A stretch of 64,000 bases of DNA from Ptychomitrium polyphyllum (taxonomy: Eukaryota): the NCBI GenBank assembly GCA_973851085.1, contig OZ316776.1, positions 10,540,001-10,604,000 on the forward strand. Direction: 5' to 3'. The first letter of the stretch is position 1. The number at the start of each line of letters is the position of its first letter. Positions 1 through 12,500 of this stretch are shown one piece after another. The notes under the pieces are model-generated. The model searched no databases, had not been told where the DNA came from, and saw only the letters and a list, made by a program, of their open reading frames with translations. The translations under genes and the position numbers were made by a program.

Positions 1-78
1 ATGAAGTTATCAGACTACCAATAATGCTTGTTGTCCTGCTGACTGCAGATCAATGCGACGTTCATGTTAAGCAGTTCA

Positions 79-1452
79 TCACATAAGAGCCTTCAACTCC
101 CCAATTTGTTTTGGAAGTTGTTGCAAGGATAAACACCCACATAGGTGCAAGGACGTAAGAGCCTCCAACTTCCCAATTTGCTGTAAAAGTAGCTGCAAAA
201 ATAAACACCAAGATAGATGCAAGGACATAAAAGCCTTCAACTCTCCAATTTGTTGTAGAAGTTGCTGCAAGGACAAACACCCAGATAGGTCCATGGACAA
301 AAGAGCTTTCAACTCTCCAATTTGCTATGGATGTTGTTCCAAGGATAAACACCCACATTTGTCTAAGGAGAAAAGAGCCTTCAACTGTCCAATTTGCTGT
401 GGAAGTTGCCGCAAGGATAAACACCAAGAGAAGTCTAAGGTCGTAAGAGCCTTGAACTTTGCAATTCGCTGTGGAAGTAACTGCAAAGATGAACATCCAG
501 ATAAGTCCAAGGACGTAAGAGCCTTTTACTGCCCAATTTGCTCTAGATGTTGCTTCGAAGATAAACACGTAGATAGGTACAAGGACGTAAGAACCTTTAC
601 CTCACCAATTTGATTTGGAAGTTGGTGCAAGGATAAACATCCAGGTAGATCGAAGGACGTAAGAGCCTTCAACTCCCCAATTTGCTGTGGAAGTTGTTGC
701 AGGGTTAATCCCCTAGATAGGTGCAAGGATGTAATAGCCTTCAATTCCCGAATTTGCTGTGGATGTTGCCACAAGCGTAAACACCAAGAGAAGTCCAATA
801 ACGTAAGAGCCTTCAATTCTCCAATTTCTTGTGGAAGTTATTATAAGGATGAACACCTACAAAGGCCCAAAGACTTAAGAGCCTTCAACTCCCCAATTTG
901 TTATGGAAATTGCAGCAAGCATAAATACTGAGATAGGTGCAAGGACGTAATAGCCTTCAACTCTCCAATCTGCAGTGGAAGTTGTAGCAAGGATAAACGG
1001 CTAGATAGGACAAAAGACAAAAGAACCTTCAACTCTCCAATTTGCTGTGGAAGTTACTGCAAAGAGGAACATCCAGATAGGTCCAAGGACGTAAGAGCCT
1101 TCAACTCCCCAATTTGCTATGGAAGTTGCTGTAAGGATAAACATCCAGATAGGTCTATGGACAAAAGAGCCTTCAACTCTCAAATTTGCTGTGGAAGTTG
1201 TTGTACGGATGAACACTTACAGAGGCCCAAAGAGGTCAGAGCCTTCGATTCCCCAATTTGTTATGGAAGTTGCTGCAAGGATAAACACCTACATAGATGC
1301 AAGGAAGTAAGAACCTTCAACTTTCCAATTTGCTGTGGAAGTTGCTGCAAGGATGAACACCCAGATAGGTCTAACGACGTAAGAGCCTTCAGTTCTACAA
1401 TCTGCTGTGGAAGTTGTTGTAAGGATAAACACCAAGATAAGTTGAAGGACAT
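79..1452 (-). pseudogene. Leucine-rich-repeat array, ~19 tandem 72-bp units encoding 24-aa plant-type LRRs (consensus LQQLPQQIGELKALTSLDLSGCLS), interrupted by in-frame stops
   Basis: ORFs 79..312, 325..510, 526..816 and 1261..1464 all lie in one minus-strand frame and repeat the same 24-aa LRR; 72-nt periodicity is visible in the DNA; no NB-ARC/TIR/kinase domain seen in the window. Confidence 0.9.
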
Positions 1453-1974
1453 ATAAGCCTCCAACTCTCCAATTCATCTTGACTTATAGCCCAACTTGTA
1501 GCAGTTGGGCATGTATCAACATTTACTACCACCAGTCTTCCACAGTTGTAGTCAACTTGTCTTAAAATTGGTGGAGATTTTAAAATTTCTTTTAACCCTT
1601 CCATTGCCAACTTCTTATTCTTATCTCCACAAAATGTGGCACCCAAATTTAATAAAAGAAACATGCTCCTAAAAACCTTTTTACTTCAGTACTGCTACTA
1701 CATGCTTTTATTTTGGCAATTGCATCTACCTTTTCAGGATTAGGTTTCCTTCCAAATATTCCACATAAATGTCCAACCACCAAAATTTCATCCACACCAA
1801 ACTTAAACTTGTCAATGAATAAAGTCAAGTCCACTTCTTCAAACCTTTCCAAAATCCTCTCTACATCTTCAATGTGATCTTTAACAAATTTCCTGCAGCC
1901 ATCTTCATCCATTGTGGAATCTTTGTTTTCTTCTTTGCAGCCTTTGATTGATATATCATCTACAAAGTCAAGTG

Positions 1975-2135
1975 CTTATACCAGTTTCAAGTCCATACCA
2001 ATTTCAAGTCCCTATACCAGTTTCAAGTCCATACCAGTTTCAAGTCCATACCAGTTTCAAGTTCCTATACCAGTTTCAAATCCATACCAGTTTCAAGTTC
2101 AATTTCAAGCCTATACCAATTTTAAGTCCAATTTC
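1975..2135. repeat. Tandem minisatellite, ~9 copies of a 17-18 bp unit (ATACCAGTTTCAAGTCC) within pol
   Basis: Directly visible repeats; produce low-complexity ORFs 1914..2144 and 1948..2184. Confidence 0.9.
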
Positions 2136-2800
2136 ATTTGGTGATGAAGCAAAAGCCTTACCATATTTGAAGAGCATGTCTTGAAACTTCTTCTTTTCTG
2201 GTTCTTTCAAAAATTCACCCCCTCGAATTTGCAGCTTAGTGATTGTTTCTTTAATAAAATTGTGCCCAACTTTGCTTGATCCTCTTAGCCATGGCTCTTT
2301 CTCAGCTTGCTTGATGTGATCTTCAGTGTCAAGTGGCAATTGTGTCGCTACAAGCTGAACTTTCTTTGCAACAATCTTGTACTTGGTATTCACATCAACT
2401 TCAAATTGTGTTCCATTACTTCCAACATCACCTATATATGTTGTTACATTCAAAAGTTCATAGTAAAGTTTTTTTGAATGAACTTTAATTATCACATCAA
2501 TAGATGCAAACTTTTGTTCCTGCAATTTCTCTAAAATACCAAGCATGTCATTTGAAAGTCCTTCTTCTATTGCTTTTGTAATAACCTCATTACTCAACAT
2601 TACACCCATCTCTTTTAATTTTCTTTCAATTTTTTTGGCTGTCTTTTTAAAAATAGCCTCCAAATCTTCAATCCTCACAAAACTCACAAGGCTATCTTTT
2701 ATTACATTCAAAACCACACAATTCCTATTATTTACATTGGAAAATGCAATAGTAGATACTCCTCTTGCACCCATGGACCTCCGTGCTCCACGTGTGCAAT

Positions 2801-3820
2801 CTAAAATTCCTGAAATTCTTCATTGTTACTAATCATGGGTGCATCTTTGAGCTGAGCCCTATGCCTCTTATGATCAGACCTCATAGTGAGAAACTGCGCT
2901 GCTTTCTTTTCATCAGAGGTTCTCATCCTAGCATAGTGTGAACCAATGTCCAATACCTTAGTCTCCATCCTAGTTGCAGTGATGTATGTCTGTCTCAAAA
3001 TAATTGGATATGTGGCATTATTTTGCACTAAGAAGTTTTGTTCCACTTGAACATCTCCAATCTTTGTTTTCACTGCTAGGCATGTACCATAAAAACCTCT
3101 TCTTTCATTGTTTGCCACCTTCAATACCCATCCATGGTTGATATCAATAGGCCACTTACTCTTTTCATATATCTTCTTTGAAATGAAATTAATCTCTGAT
3201 CCATGATCTACAAGAGCCAAAATTGAATCATCAAGGTCTCCAAGCTTCACATGTGTTTCTGTGGTGGCTCTAGCCCAATATGTTTGAGTATAAGTTTTCA
3301 TAGTCTCACTTTCATGTTCTTCCCAAAACTCTCTATCCATGCAGCATGTAACTACTGTCTCTACATTAGGTTTGCTGAACTTTGCACCCTCCATACCTTT
3401 GGCCACAAATCTAGAAGAGAACATTCCCAAAACTTCATTTTCCATGTCTTCATCCAAAGACTCGTAAGCATTCTTAATCCTCATGTTACTGTTTACTTGG
3501 TCACACATCATGACAAACACTTGGCCAATTACTTCTTCCTCATTTTTAGTTACATAGGTGTTAAGCCCCTTGGTCATTACTGTCTCTGCTGTCATTTGTC
3601 TTTCTCTCTTGATAACAACAATGATGAGCTCATGAAAGTCTTTTTTGGCAATGCGAAGAGCTTCTTTTAGACTGAATTCAATCTTTGCATCAAGAATTCT
3701 CTCTTTTAAAATGCCCTTCATATCAATTGAAGACTCAATATCAGATTGAAGTTTGTAGGCTGGTGTCTTATCTCTCCCTTTAGTAGTGTTTATTTTGCTC
3801 CTTTCTTTTATATTGCTCAT
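2801..3820 (-). pseudogene. Retroelement gag-pol segment with DUF4100-like region and aspartic protease
   Basis: YKLQSDIESSIDMKGILKERILDAKIEFSLKEAL segment followed by the protease active-site-like LVDHGSEINFIS and PIILRQTYI. Confidence 0.75.
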
Positions 3821-5304
3821 GTTCTCTTCCTACCATCCCTTTGGAAGTGGTGTAGCTTCTAAATAAGAAGTAAGTCTTGCTTCCTGCCTCTGATGAGTAT
3901 GATTAACTGGTCCATTTCCAAGTGTAGTCTCCTTGGCATTGTGAAGTTTTTCCTTGCTTGTGGGTTCGTCTATTTCCTCTTCTTGACCATCTCTGCTCCT
4001 TTTTACTTCCATTGATGCATCATAAGGCTCATTTTCTCCATGTTTACTTACCATATAGGCTCTGATTCTGGTTGTTTTTACTAGATCATCCCATTCAGTT
4101 AGCTTCCAAATGGCGTGTGCTCCTCTAATCATCACCTCTTTAGGTGCATGAGATGAAGCTTTCACATTATTATACTTAGCTTCAATGATATAAGCTTCTA
4201 CTTCTTTGCCATATGATGAATTATTTCTCTTTAATCTCTCATCCATTAGTTTTTTCATACCTTCTCTTCTAAAATTGGTTTCTAGAGGCTCTTCTATTGC
4301 AGCGTTTCTGATCCTTCCTTCCTTAAAGGTAATAATGCCGTGTTTCATGGCATCTACATATGAACCACAATCATCACGTTTGTGGCCCGGATCACTAATA
4401 GGTTGTGGAGTGTTTGCTTTTGTATCCCTCTTAAGCGCACTCATCTCCACCTTCAACTCCCTAATGTCTTTCATGAGTTCTTCAAGGATATTATTATCCA
4501 CAATCTTACCTTTTGAAGAGTTTAATGGAGTCAATATAGTTGATGTTGGAGCCTTTTTAATTGTTGCTGGAGCAGCCTCCATCCTTACTCCAAATCCTCT
4601 AGCCTTTACACGCTATTGTTTGGCAATGAGGCTCACTACTTCTTCCAATCTCCTCCAATTGATAGTAAAACCACCTTCTGCTGCTCCATCTTGAAGAATA
4701 AGAAACAATCTGTCCTCTAGTATTTTATTTGCAGCTTGTAGAAATAATTATGACTTCTTCGTTTTAAGAAGGCACTTTTCAGATAATAGAAGTTGTTCAA
4801 ATCTCTTCTCACATTCCCTGAGCAACTCATTTGGTCCCATAAGCTTACCAGGTCGTTGTTCCATCCAATCAAGAAAACCTCTCTTGGACATCCTCTCAAT
4901 GCCTTCATCAAAATATTCATCTCTAAGCGTCTATTCAAATCCAGCCCATATATTCACATCATTGCCTTTATGCAATTGCCTCACTCTATCTCTAATTTCT
5001 TGTACAACTACCAAATCAAAGGTTTTAATCATCCTCTCTTCAGGTACTTGATAGATCTCCATCTCACAAGTACAAACCCTCAAGAATTTAATAATGTTCT
5101 TGCCATCAAATCTTTCTATCTTGCTGATAACTACCCTCAATGCCTTAATAGCTCTTTGTCTTATTGCATTGACAACTTGTTGGTCCAATAAAGTTTGCAT
5201 GGCCTTCATAAATTCTTCTGCAAGGTTTTGACCACCTCTTCCATCAATACTACGTCCGGATCCAGTATCACCCATTTTTATTTGACCAAACTAAATGTCC
5301 TAAA

Positions 5305-5325
5305 GCTCTTTCAGTAGAAGCACCA
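5305..5325 (-). other. Putative tRNA primer-binding site of the long-LTR element
   Basis: Minus strand reads LTR end ...CACAACA, then TT, then TGGTGCTTCTACTGAAAGAG; TGG start is complementary to a tRNA CCA end; gag ATG follows at 5275; cognate tRNA not identified. Confidence 0.65.
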
Positions 5326-5327
5326 AA

Positions 5328-6860
5328 TGTTGTGGTGAGAGTTGTTGCTATAGAAAACACAAGGTCTTTTTAGCATTTTATTGATCAAGGTCAAAATACA
5401 TGAAGAATTTATATTTCCAACATCCAATGAAGCAAATACCCTACCCCTAAGTTTTTCTCTACGCTCCTTTGAAAATCCCAAATGCTAAATATGTCATAAT
5501 TTCTAATAAACTAATTCAAAGAACCTAAAATTTAACAAAATCTTTTTAAAATATTTAATACGCTATGTATAAATTTTGGTTGCCAAATCATTTGTACCCT
5601 CTAAGATCCATAACTTCAAAGTTTACATTCTTCATTACTACAGCTCCTATACCCCTATTACTTTATCACTTTATAACTTTTTTTTTATGATAAATTCAAA
5701 CTTTGAATTTTGTGCATATAATAAGTATCTTATAATAAACACCTTTTCAAAAGTTCAACCTTACAAAATCCTTCAATCATCTACAATGACCCAAATTATA
5801 CAACCCCAAACTCTACTGTACACTGCCTTCTATGTCCCGGTTGCATTTGTCTTTGTATCTTTTGTTCAAAGTGTCCAATGCTCACCAACTTTTGACACCA
5901 TCTTTCCAAAGTAATTAAAACCTTTTTCTTAAAATTTCACTTACAAAAGACGTTTCTACAAGAAGTTACAAACATTCAAACTAGCTGCCTTCAGAAACTT
6001 AAGGCAGTTAACTTAACTTTACTCAAACTAAAGCCACAACCACATACTACTTCCAAATGGAACGTGTGATGGCTTTCTAAAAGGCTTACAAAGAAAAAGA
6101 AAAAAAATCCAACAAAAATCAACTCAAACTAAGAAGTATACTATGAGATTTCACCCAAAGAAGGGCTGCCTTCTTATTCTAGTGAAAGAGGCCGAGAGAG
6201 AAGAAGAGGGCGGTGGTCAAACCGCCACATCCGCCCCTTATCTCTCCACATTTGCTATATCTCTCCACATCAGCCCTTAATCTCCTTTATCAAATCCTTA
6301 TCTAACCATATCTTCAAATAAAAAACAACCTAAATTCCTTTCTTTTGGTTTTCTTTCATTTCTTTCTTCTGGTTGAAACTATTAAGTTCCAACTATAAAG
6401 AAGATAAAATCAACCCTCTCAAGTCTAAAATAGAAACTAAAAAAACTAAAATAAATTAAAGAAACTAGGAAAAAGATTGAAATTCAACAAGAAACAAGTC
6501 AAAAATAAAACCATTGTCGAAGTAGGTTCAAACGCCAAGTCATGAACTTGATTGATTAGAGAAGTTCCAGCTGATGAAACGGTCCGAGTTCGATTCTTGT
6601 CAAATTCGTTGAATAGAACGGCAGCACTTGACTTGATACTGCTAACGAAAACGGCAGGCAGGAAAAATTATAGTCAATCGGCCTAATCACCTTGAGCTAA
6701 GAGAAGATGCGGTTTCACCTCCAAGATAAATAAAAATTGTGGTTTCACCACGACCTTTATTTTAATCTAATTATTTCTATATCTTAATACTCTTTTTTAA
6801 ATACACCAAACAACAAATACTAATCAAATTTTAAACTTTACAACTAATTACATCACAATA
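5328..6860 (-). repeat. Long terminal repeat (~1.53 kb), 5' LTR of the minus-strand element
   Basis: Termini TGTTGTG...CACAATA (one mismatch from an inverted repeat); adjacent PBS; right ~930 bp aligns with 19630-20547. Confidence 0.8.
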
Positions 6861-7632
6861 GCATGAGTTTTATTGTTGTAGGCAAACTCAACCAATGGCA
6901 CGTAGGAAGTCCAATCATTTTGTTGGTAATTGATGGTTTATCTCAAATATTGCTCTAAGATTTGATTGACCTATTCTGTTTGGCCATTGATTTGAGGATG
7001 GAAGGAAGAAGAATGTTTTATGTCCACCTTAAGGATTTTAAAGAGCAACTTCCAAAATCTTGATATGAACTGTGGTCCACGATCCAATATAATATCGTCG
7101 GGTAATTTATAGTAGCGATAGATATTATTCATGAAGAGTGTGGTAGTTTCTTCATCCGTAATTGTCTTCTTCCAAGGTACAAAATGTGCCATCTTAGTCA
7201 ATTGGTCTACCACAACAAAGATTAATCATAAGAGTCCAACAAAGGCAGATCTATGATGAAATCCATTGAATTAGACGACCACAGTTGTCATGGAATAAGC
7301 AATGGTTGGAAAAGTTTATATGGATGGTGTCGAGGGTTCTTTGACCTAGAGCAGATATCACACAAGAGTACAAACTCTTTAATGGCCTTCCACATTTGAA
7401 GCTACCAAAAGTCTTGAGAGAGGAAATCCAAGGTTTTACTGACTCCAGAATGTCCAACAGCAGGAAAGTCGTGAAATGTTTGAAGTACACAAAGGCAAAC
7501 TGGTTCCTTAAGAATATATAGACATTCTTCAAAGTAAAGAACGCTGTCTTCTAATTTGAACTTAGACACATCTTCAGAAAGGTTGTTGAAATGACGCTTA
7601 ATATCAAGAATAAAAGGGTCCTTAGTAGATGC
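6861..7632 (-). mobile_element. Remnant of an older chromovirus-like Ty3/gypsy integrase, host of two later insertions
   Basis: HDFPAVGHSGVSKT (HHCC zinc finger), VDQLTKMAHFVP, DRGPQFISRFW, FHPQINGQTE, EFAYNN; homologous to the integrase at 11641-12500 but in opposite orientation. Confidence 0.9.
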
Positions 7633-8203
7633 TGTCACAGACATAGATCATGCAACATAATCCTTAGAATATTCTTGAACCTTCTAGTATACTATAATAG
7701 CTTCTTAGAATACTTCTAAACGACTCCATAGTCCTTCCACATTCTTAAAAGGCTTCCTAGGAAAGTTCCTCCATCTTAGGAAACTTCCTAGAAAGGTTCT
7801 ATCATCTTAGGTAATTTCTTAGGAAACTTCTACCACTTTAGGAAACTTCCTAAGAAGATTCCATCACCTTACGAAACTTCCAAGGAAGGCTCCAACTCCT
7901 TAGAAGCTTCTTAGGACGGTTCCAACATCTTGAAAAACTTCTTGGAAAGATTTCCTAGACTTCCAGAACATTCTTAAACCTTGTAGGAAGCTTCTTTAGA
8001 AGTATCCTAGGAGATACAAACGTCATAGTACAAATAGGAGGCAAGACAAGGTATTCCTTAGTCTTGCCAACACAAGTTGTGGATCATCTTGAATCCTGCC
8101 TTGTTCTAGTCTTTGTATCAAGTTCTTGTTAATCAATAGCTCTTTGGAAGCTAATTCTTGGAAAACACTTTGTTTTTGCTTCTTGTTTCTTGTGTCCCTA
8201 ACA
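7633..8203 (+). repeat. 5' LTR (571 bp) with internal ~30-bp tandem repeats
   Basis: TGTCAC...CCCTAACA; direct repeat of 13598-14195. Confidence 0.93.
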
Positions 8204-8205
8204 GT

Positions 8206-8217
8206 TTGGCAAGACTA
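8206..8217 (+). other. Primer-binding site complementary to the element's own LTR (self-priming type)
   Basis: TTGGCAAGACTA just after the 5' LTR is the exact reverse complement of TAGTCTTGCCAA at 8059-8070. Confidence 0.8.
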
Positions 8218-8439
8218 CTTTTCATCTTTGTCAGAGCTAAGGTTCTTTGAAGAAGATTGTAGATTACCCATCTTCTTTAGGATTCCATAACGTCTTAGAG
8301 GTTGCGGATTATCCTCCTCTAAACTGGCACCATAGAGTTAGTTTCTCTTTCTAAAACCAAGTATTACTTCTTTCAAAGGACGTGGATTTTCCTCCTTTGA
8401 AGGTATTCATAGTTTTCTTGCCTTTGCAAATCTTAAAAA

Positions 8440-9450
8440 ATGGATAACGTGCCTGGAACATCAAAGAAAAAGTTTGCAACTATTGCAGGCCTTCAAGAAT
8501 TATTAAACACAGTTCGAACGGAACTCGCCCATTTTAATACCACCAACAACTTGGAGCAACACACTCGGCAAGCTAAAGAATCTAGTGGTGATATTCAAAG
8601 CCTATATCAAGAGGTTGTTTGATTGGAAGAGGCCAATATTAGAAGGGAAGGCTTACGTCAAACCCATGCAGAGCCAAAGATTAGCATGCCAGACAAGTTT
8701 GATGGTTCAAGATCAAAATTAAGAGGCTTTGTTCAACAAGTAAGGCTCTTCCTTAGTTTGCATCAATCTCGCTATCATGATGGCACAACTTAAGTGGGAT
8801 TTGTGGCCACTCTTTTATCACACAATGCACTATCGTGGTTTGCACCACTAATGGAGAAGCAGTCACCATTATTGAACAACTTAGATGCTTTTATAGAAGC
8901 ATTGACATCTACTTTTGGAGACACCGACCGAGAGAGGGTGGCTGAACCAAGGATCCAAAGTCTACAACAAAGGCAACGCTCAACTACTACATTTGCTGTA
9001 GAGTTTCGACAACTACCTTGCAACCTTGATTGGAATGATAAGGCCTTGGTCCCACAATTCCGATGGAGCTTAAGAGAGAATGTGAAGGACTTGCTACTCA
9101 CAATGCCAAGAGTTAAAACATTGGACAAATTCATCACTCAAGCAATAGCATGTGACAATAGATTATTTGAGAGGCGCCAAGAACAACGCTTGGGATGGCG
9201 ACCAGTACATCAAAGCTTGGCTACCACTTCTTCAAGAATATTGGAAAACCGACCATAAACACCAGAATCTAAACAAATTGATGCTGCCCAGTTTAGACGT
9301 TTGACTCCAGAAGAAAAAAAAAGGGCGTTGAAGAAAAAACCTATGTTTGTATTGTGGCAAATTTGGACATAAAGTGCGCAATTGCCAGTTCAAAGGATCT
9401 GCCTTTAAGGCTCAAAGCACAATGGTGGAGTTGAAAAACAAGGCTGTCTA
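8440..9450 (+). pseudogene. gag (capsid plus CCHC zinc knuckle), disrupted
   Basis: EPKISMPDKFDGSRSKLRGF, ALSWFAPL, QFRWSLRENVKDLL; knuckle CLYCG..GHKVRNC near 9340-9385; in-frame stops and frameshifts. Confidence 0.88.
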
Positions 9451-9529
9451 GTCACAGTAGAAACCATGCGATTGAACACCACAAAGAAACAACCATAAAA
9501 TCAAAGTCTCTTACTACTTTCAAGCCCTA

Positions 9530-12500
9530 CCTCTTATTTTATATTTCCTATCAAAATTAAATTATTAGATGATGAAATAATTAGTGAGGCTTTATTAGAC
9601 ACTAGTGCAACGGCATGTTTTATAGACAAAGATTTTGCAATCAAATATTATAAGGTGCTTGAAAACAAAAAATACACCGCACCTATTGAAGATATTGATG
9701 GACAATCTCTTGCGTCTGGGAATGTTATTGAAGAAACTCAACCCTTGGAGGTTGTTTTAGGAGACCAAGCATCTAAGATTGTCTTCAACATCATTCAATG
9801 CCAAACAAATCCTATTGTCTTGGGCCATCTTTGGTTTGTATTACATAATATAGACATTGATTGGCGCTCACGGAGTGTGTTCTTAAGGAACAGACGTCAA
9901 GGTACAAGAAATCTTGGACCATCATTTATTGGAGCTAAGGCATTCATAAGAGCGGCAAAGGATGAATCAATCTATGCCATTTATGCCACGCCAATGTCTA
10001 GCTCTACAATAGAGACTAATCAAAACATACCTCATCAATATCATGATTATAAAGACGTTTTTGAAAAGAAGAATGCGGACATGTTACCAAAACACTGGCC
10101 TTACGATTGTACCATTGAGTTGCAAGAAGGAGCCCAACCACCTTTTGGACCTATTTATAACTTATCACAAATCGAGCTCACTGCCTTGAGAGAATATATT
10201 GATGAAAACCTCGGAAAGGGTTTCATCCAACACTCTAAATCACCGGCTGGAGCACCCATTCTATTTGTAAAGAAAAAAGATGGATCATTACGTATGTACG
10301 TGGACTATCGAGGCCTCAATAAAATAACAAAAAAGAATCGCTATCCATTACCATTAATCTCAAGACTCATACAACAACTTGGCCAAGCAAAGATATTCAC
10401 CAAAATTGGCCTTAGAGAAGCCTACAATCTTGTACGCATTCAAGAAGGAGACGAATGGAAGACAGCTTTTCGATCTAGGTATGGTCATTTTGAATACAAT
10501 ATCATGCCTTTTGGCCTTACTAATGCCCCCACAGTCTTCCAACATATGATGAATGATATCTTCCATGAACATTTGGACGATTTTGTAATCATCTATTTGG
10601 ATGACATTTTGATATATTCAAAGGATGAACAAGACCACAAATGTCATATGTGACTAGTCTTAGAAAAACTACGCCAGTGAGGATTATATGCCAAATTGGA
10701 GAAGTGCCTTTTCCATGATTCCTCGATTGAATTTTTAGGCTACATCATTTCCAAAGGAGGAATCCATATGGATAAGAAAAAATAAGCATTGTCATGGAGT
10801 GGAATACACCAAGATCAATTCGAGATGTTCAATGCTTTTTGGGATTTGCAAACTTCTATAGGATATTCATCAAGGATTATTCCAAGATTGCGGCACCATT
10901 AACACGTCTTACGGGGAAGCAAAAATTCATTTGGAATAAAGAGGCGGAAAAAACATTTCAAAGTCTTAAGAAGTCATTCACGTCGGCTCCAATCCTCATT
11001 CATCCAAATCCGTCAAAGCCTTTTTATTTGGAAGCGGATGCCTCAGATTTTGCGCTTGGCTCAGTACTCTCTCAATATGATGAAGACATGAGACTTCACC
11101 CTCTTGCCTTTCGTTCAAGGAAGTTCTTAGCGGCAGAGATCAACTATGATATACATGATAAAGAACTACTTGCGATTGGGGATGCGTTTGAGGGATGTCG
11201 ACACTTATTGGAAGGAACTCAACATACCATCACGATATACACAGACCACAAGAACTTGGAGTATTTCATGAGTGCGCGCGTTTTGAATTGCCGTCAAACA
11301 AGGTGGAGTATGTCGCTTTCCAGATTTGACTTTGTCATTATCTATCGACCTGGTAGCTTACAAAGTAAATCAGATGCCTTATTTCAAAGATCTTATTTAG
11401 CTCCTCAACCTGGAGATGATATTTTGAATCAACAAAGGACTATTTTATTGAAGCCTGAGAATCTTCAATCGAAAGCAACAATTATTACGACAACATCCCA
11501 TCTTGACAAAATTCAAAAGGCTTTAAAGAATGATATCTTTGTTTCAAATATAGAGAAGCGCCTCAAAAACAATGGAAATCCTTCAAAATAACGATGAGGA
11601 TTTTGAGTTCTAAGAGGGCCTACTTTATTATAAAGGACTTTTGTACCTACCTCCAGGCTCTTTGCAATTGAAGATCCTTCAAGCACGTCATGATTTTCGA
11701 GTAGCAGGACATTTTGGATTCAATAAAACAATGGAGTTGATTGCTAGAGACTATTGGTGGCCACAAATGTGGAAGTACGTGATGGACTTTGTTCAATCAT
11801 GCGACACTTGTGCAAGAGCCAAGATACCAAGGCACCAACCTCATGGTCTCCTCCATCCGCTTCCAGTGCCAAAGGGCCCATGGTTGTCTTTATCAATGGA
11901 TTTTATCACGGGCCTTCCAAACTTTGATTCTAAGGATTCTATTTTGGTAGTGGTGGATCAATTTACCAAAATGGCACATTTCATTCCATGCAACAAGACG
12001 GTAACGGGAGAAGAAACTGCCAAGTTGTTCCTAAATCACGTCTACCGCATACATGGACTACTAGATGATATTGTATCCGATCGGGGGCCGTAGTTCATTT
12101 CCAATTTTTGGAGGGCTCTATTCCAGTTGTTGCGTATAAAGATCAATCTTTCTTCAGCACACCATCTGCAAAATGATGGCCAAACCGAACGTGTGAATCA
12201 AATTTTGGAGCAGTATTTTTGTTGTAGCATAAACTACCAGCAAGACAACTGAATGGACCTCTTGCCTTTGGCAGAATTTGCTTACAACAATACGCTGCAT
12301 TCTTCAACAACTCAAAGTCCATTCTTTGCAAACTATGGCCATCATCCTCGAGCAAATCCATTTCAAGTGAAGCATGTTGGAAGTCCTGCAGCAGAGGATA
12401 TTGCAATTCAACTTGCTAAAATCCATCAAGAAATTACCTTCCAGTTACAACAAGCTCAAGATCGTTACAAAACTTATGCAAATCGCCATCGCAAGGACCA

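Larger units (their letters stand above)
1453..6860 (-). mobile_element. Degenerate Ty3/gypsy LTR retrotransposon (long-LTR family): 5' LTR, PBS, gag, protease, partial RT and start of RNase H; 3' part truncated
   Basis: gag-like ORFs 4931..5275 (IERFDGKNIIKFL) and 3830..4582; aspartic protease motif ALVDHGSEINFIS in 2801..3820; RT remnant FVDDISIKG...VGHLCG near 1650-1965; RNase H start VVVNVDTCPTATSWAISQ; LTR and PBS at the right end. Confidence 0.85.

Noticed and set aside
62..1456. Regularly spaced repeats resembling a CRISPR array; Cys-rich plus-strand ORFs resembling metallothionein
   Set aside because: Units are contiguous 72-bp coding repeats with no unique spacers; plus-strand ORFs are the antisense of the LRR frame; context is eukaryotic.
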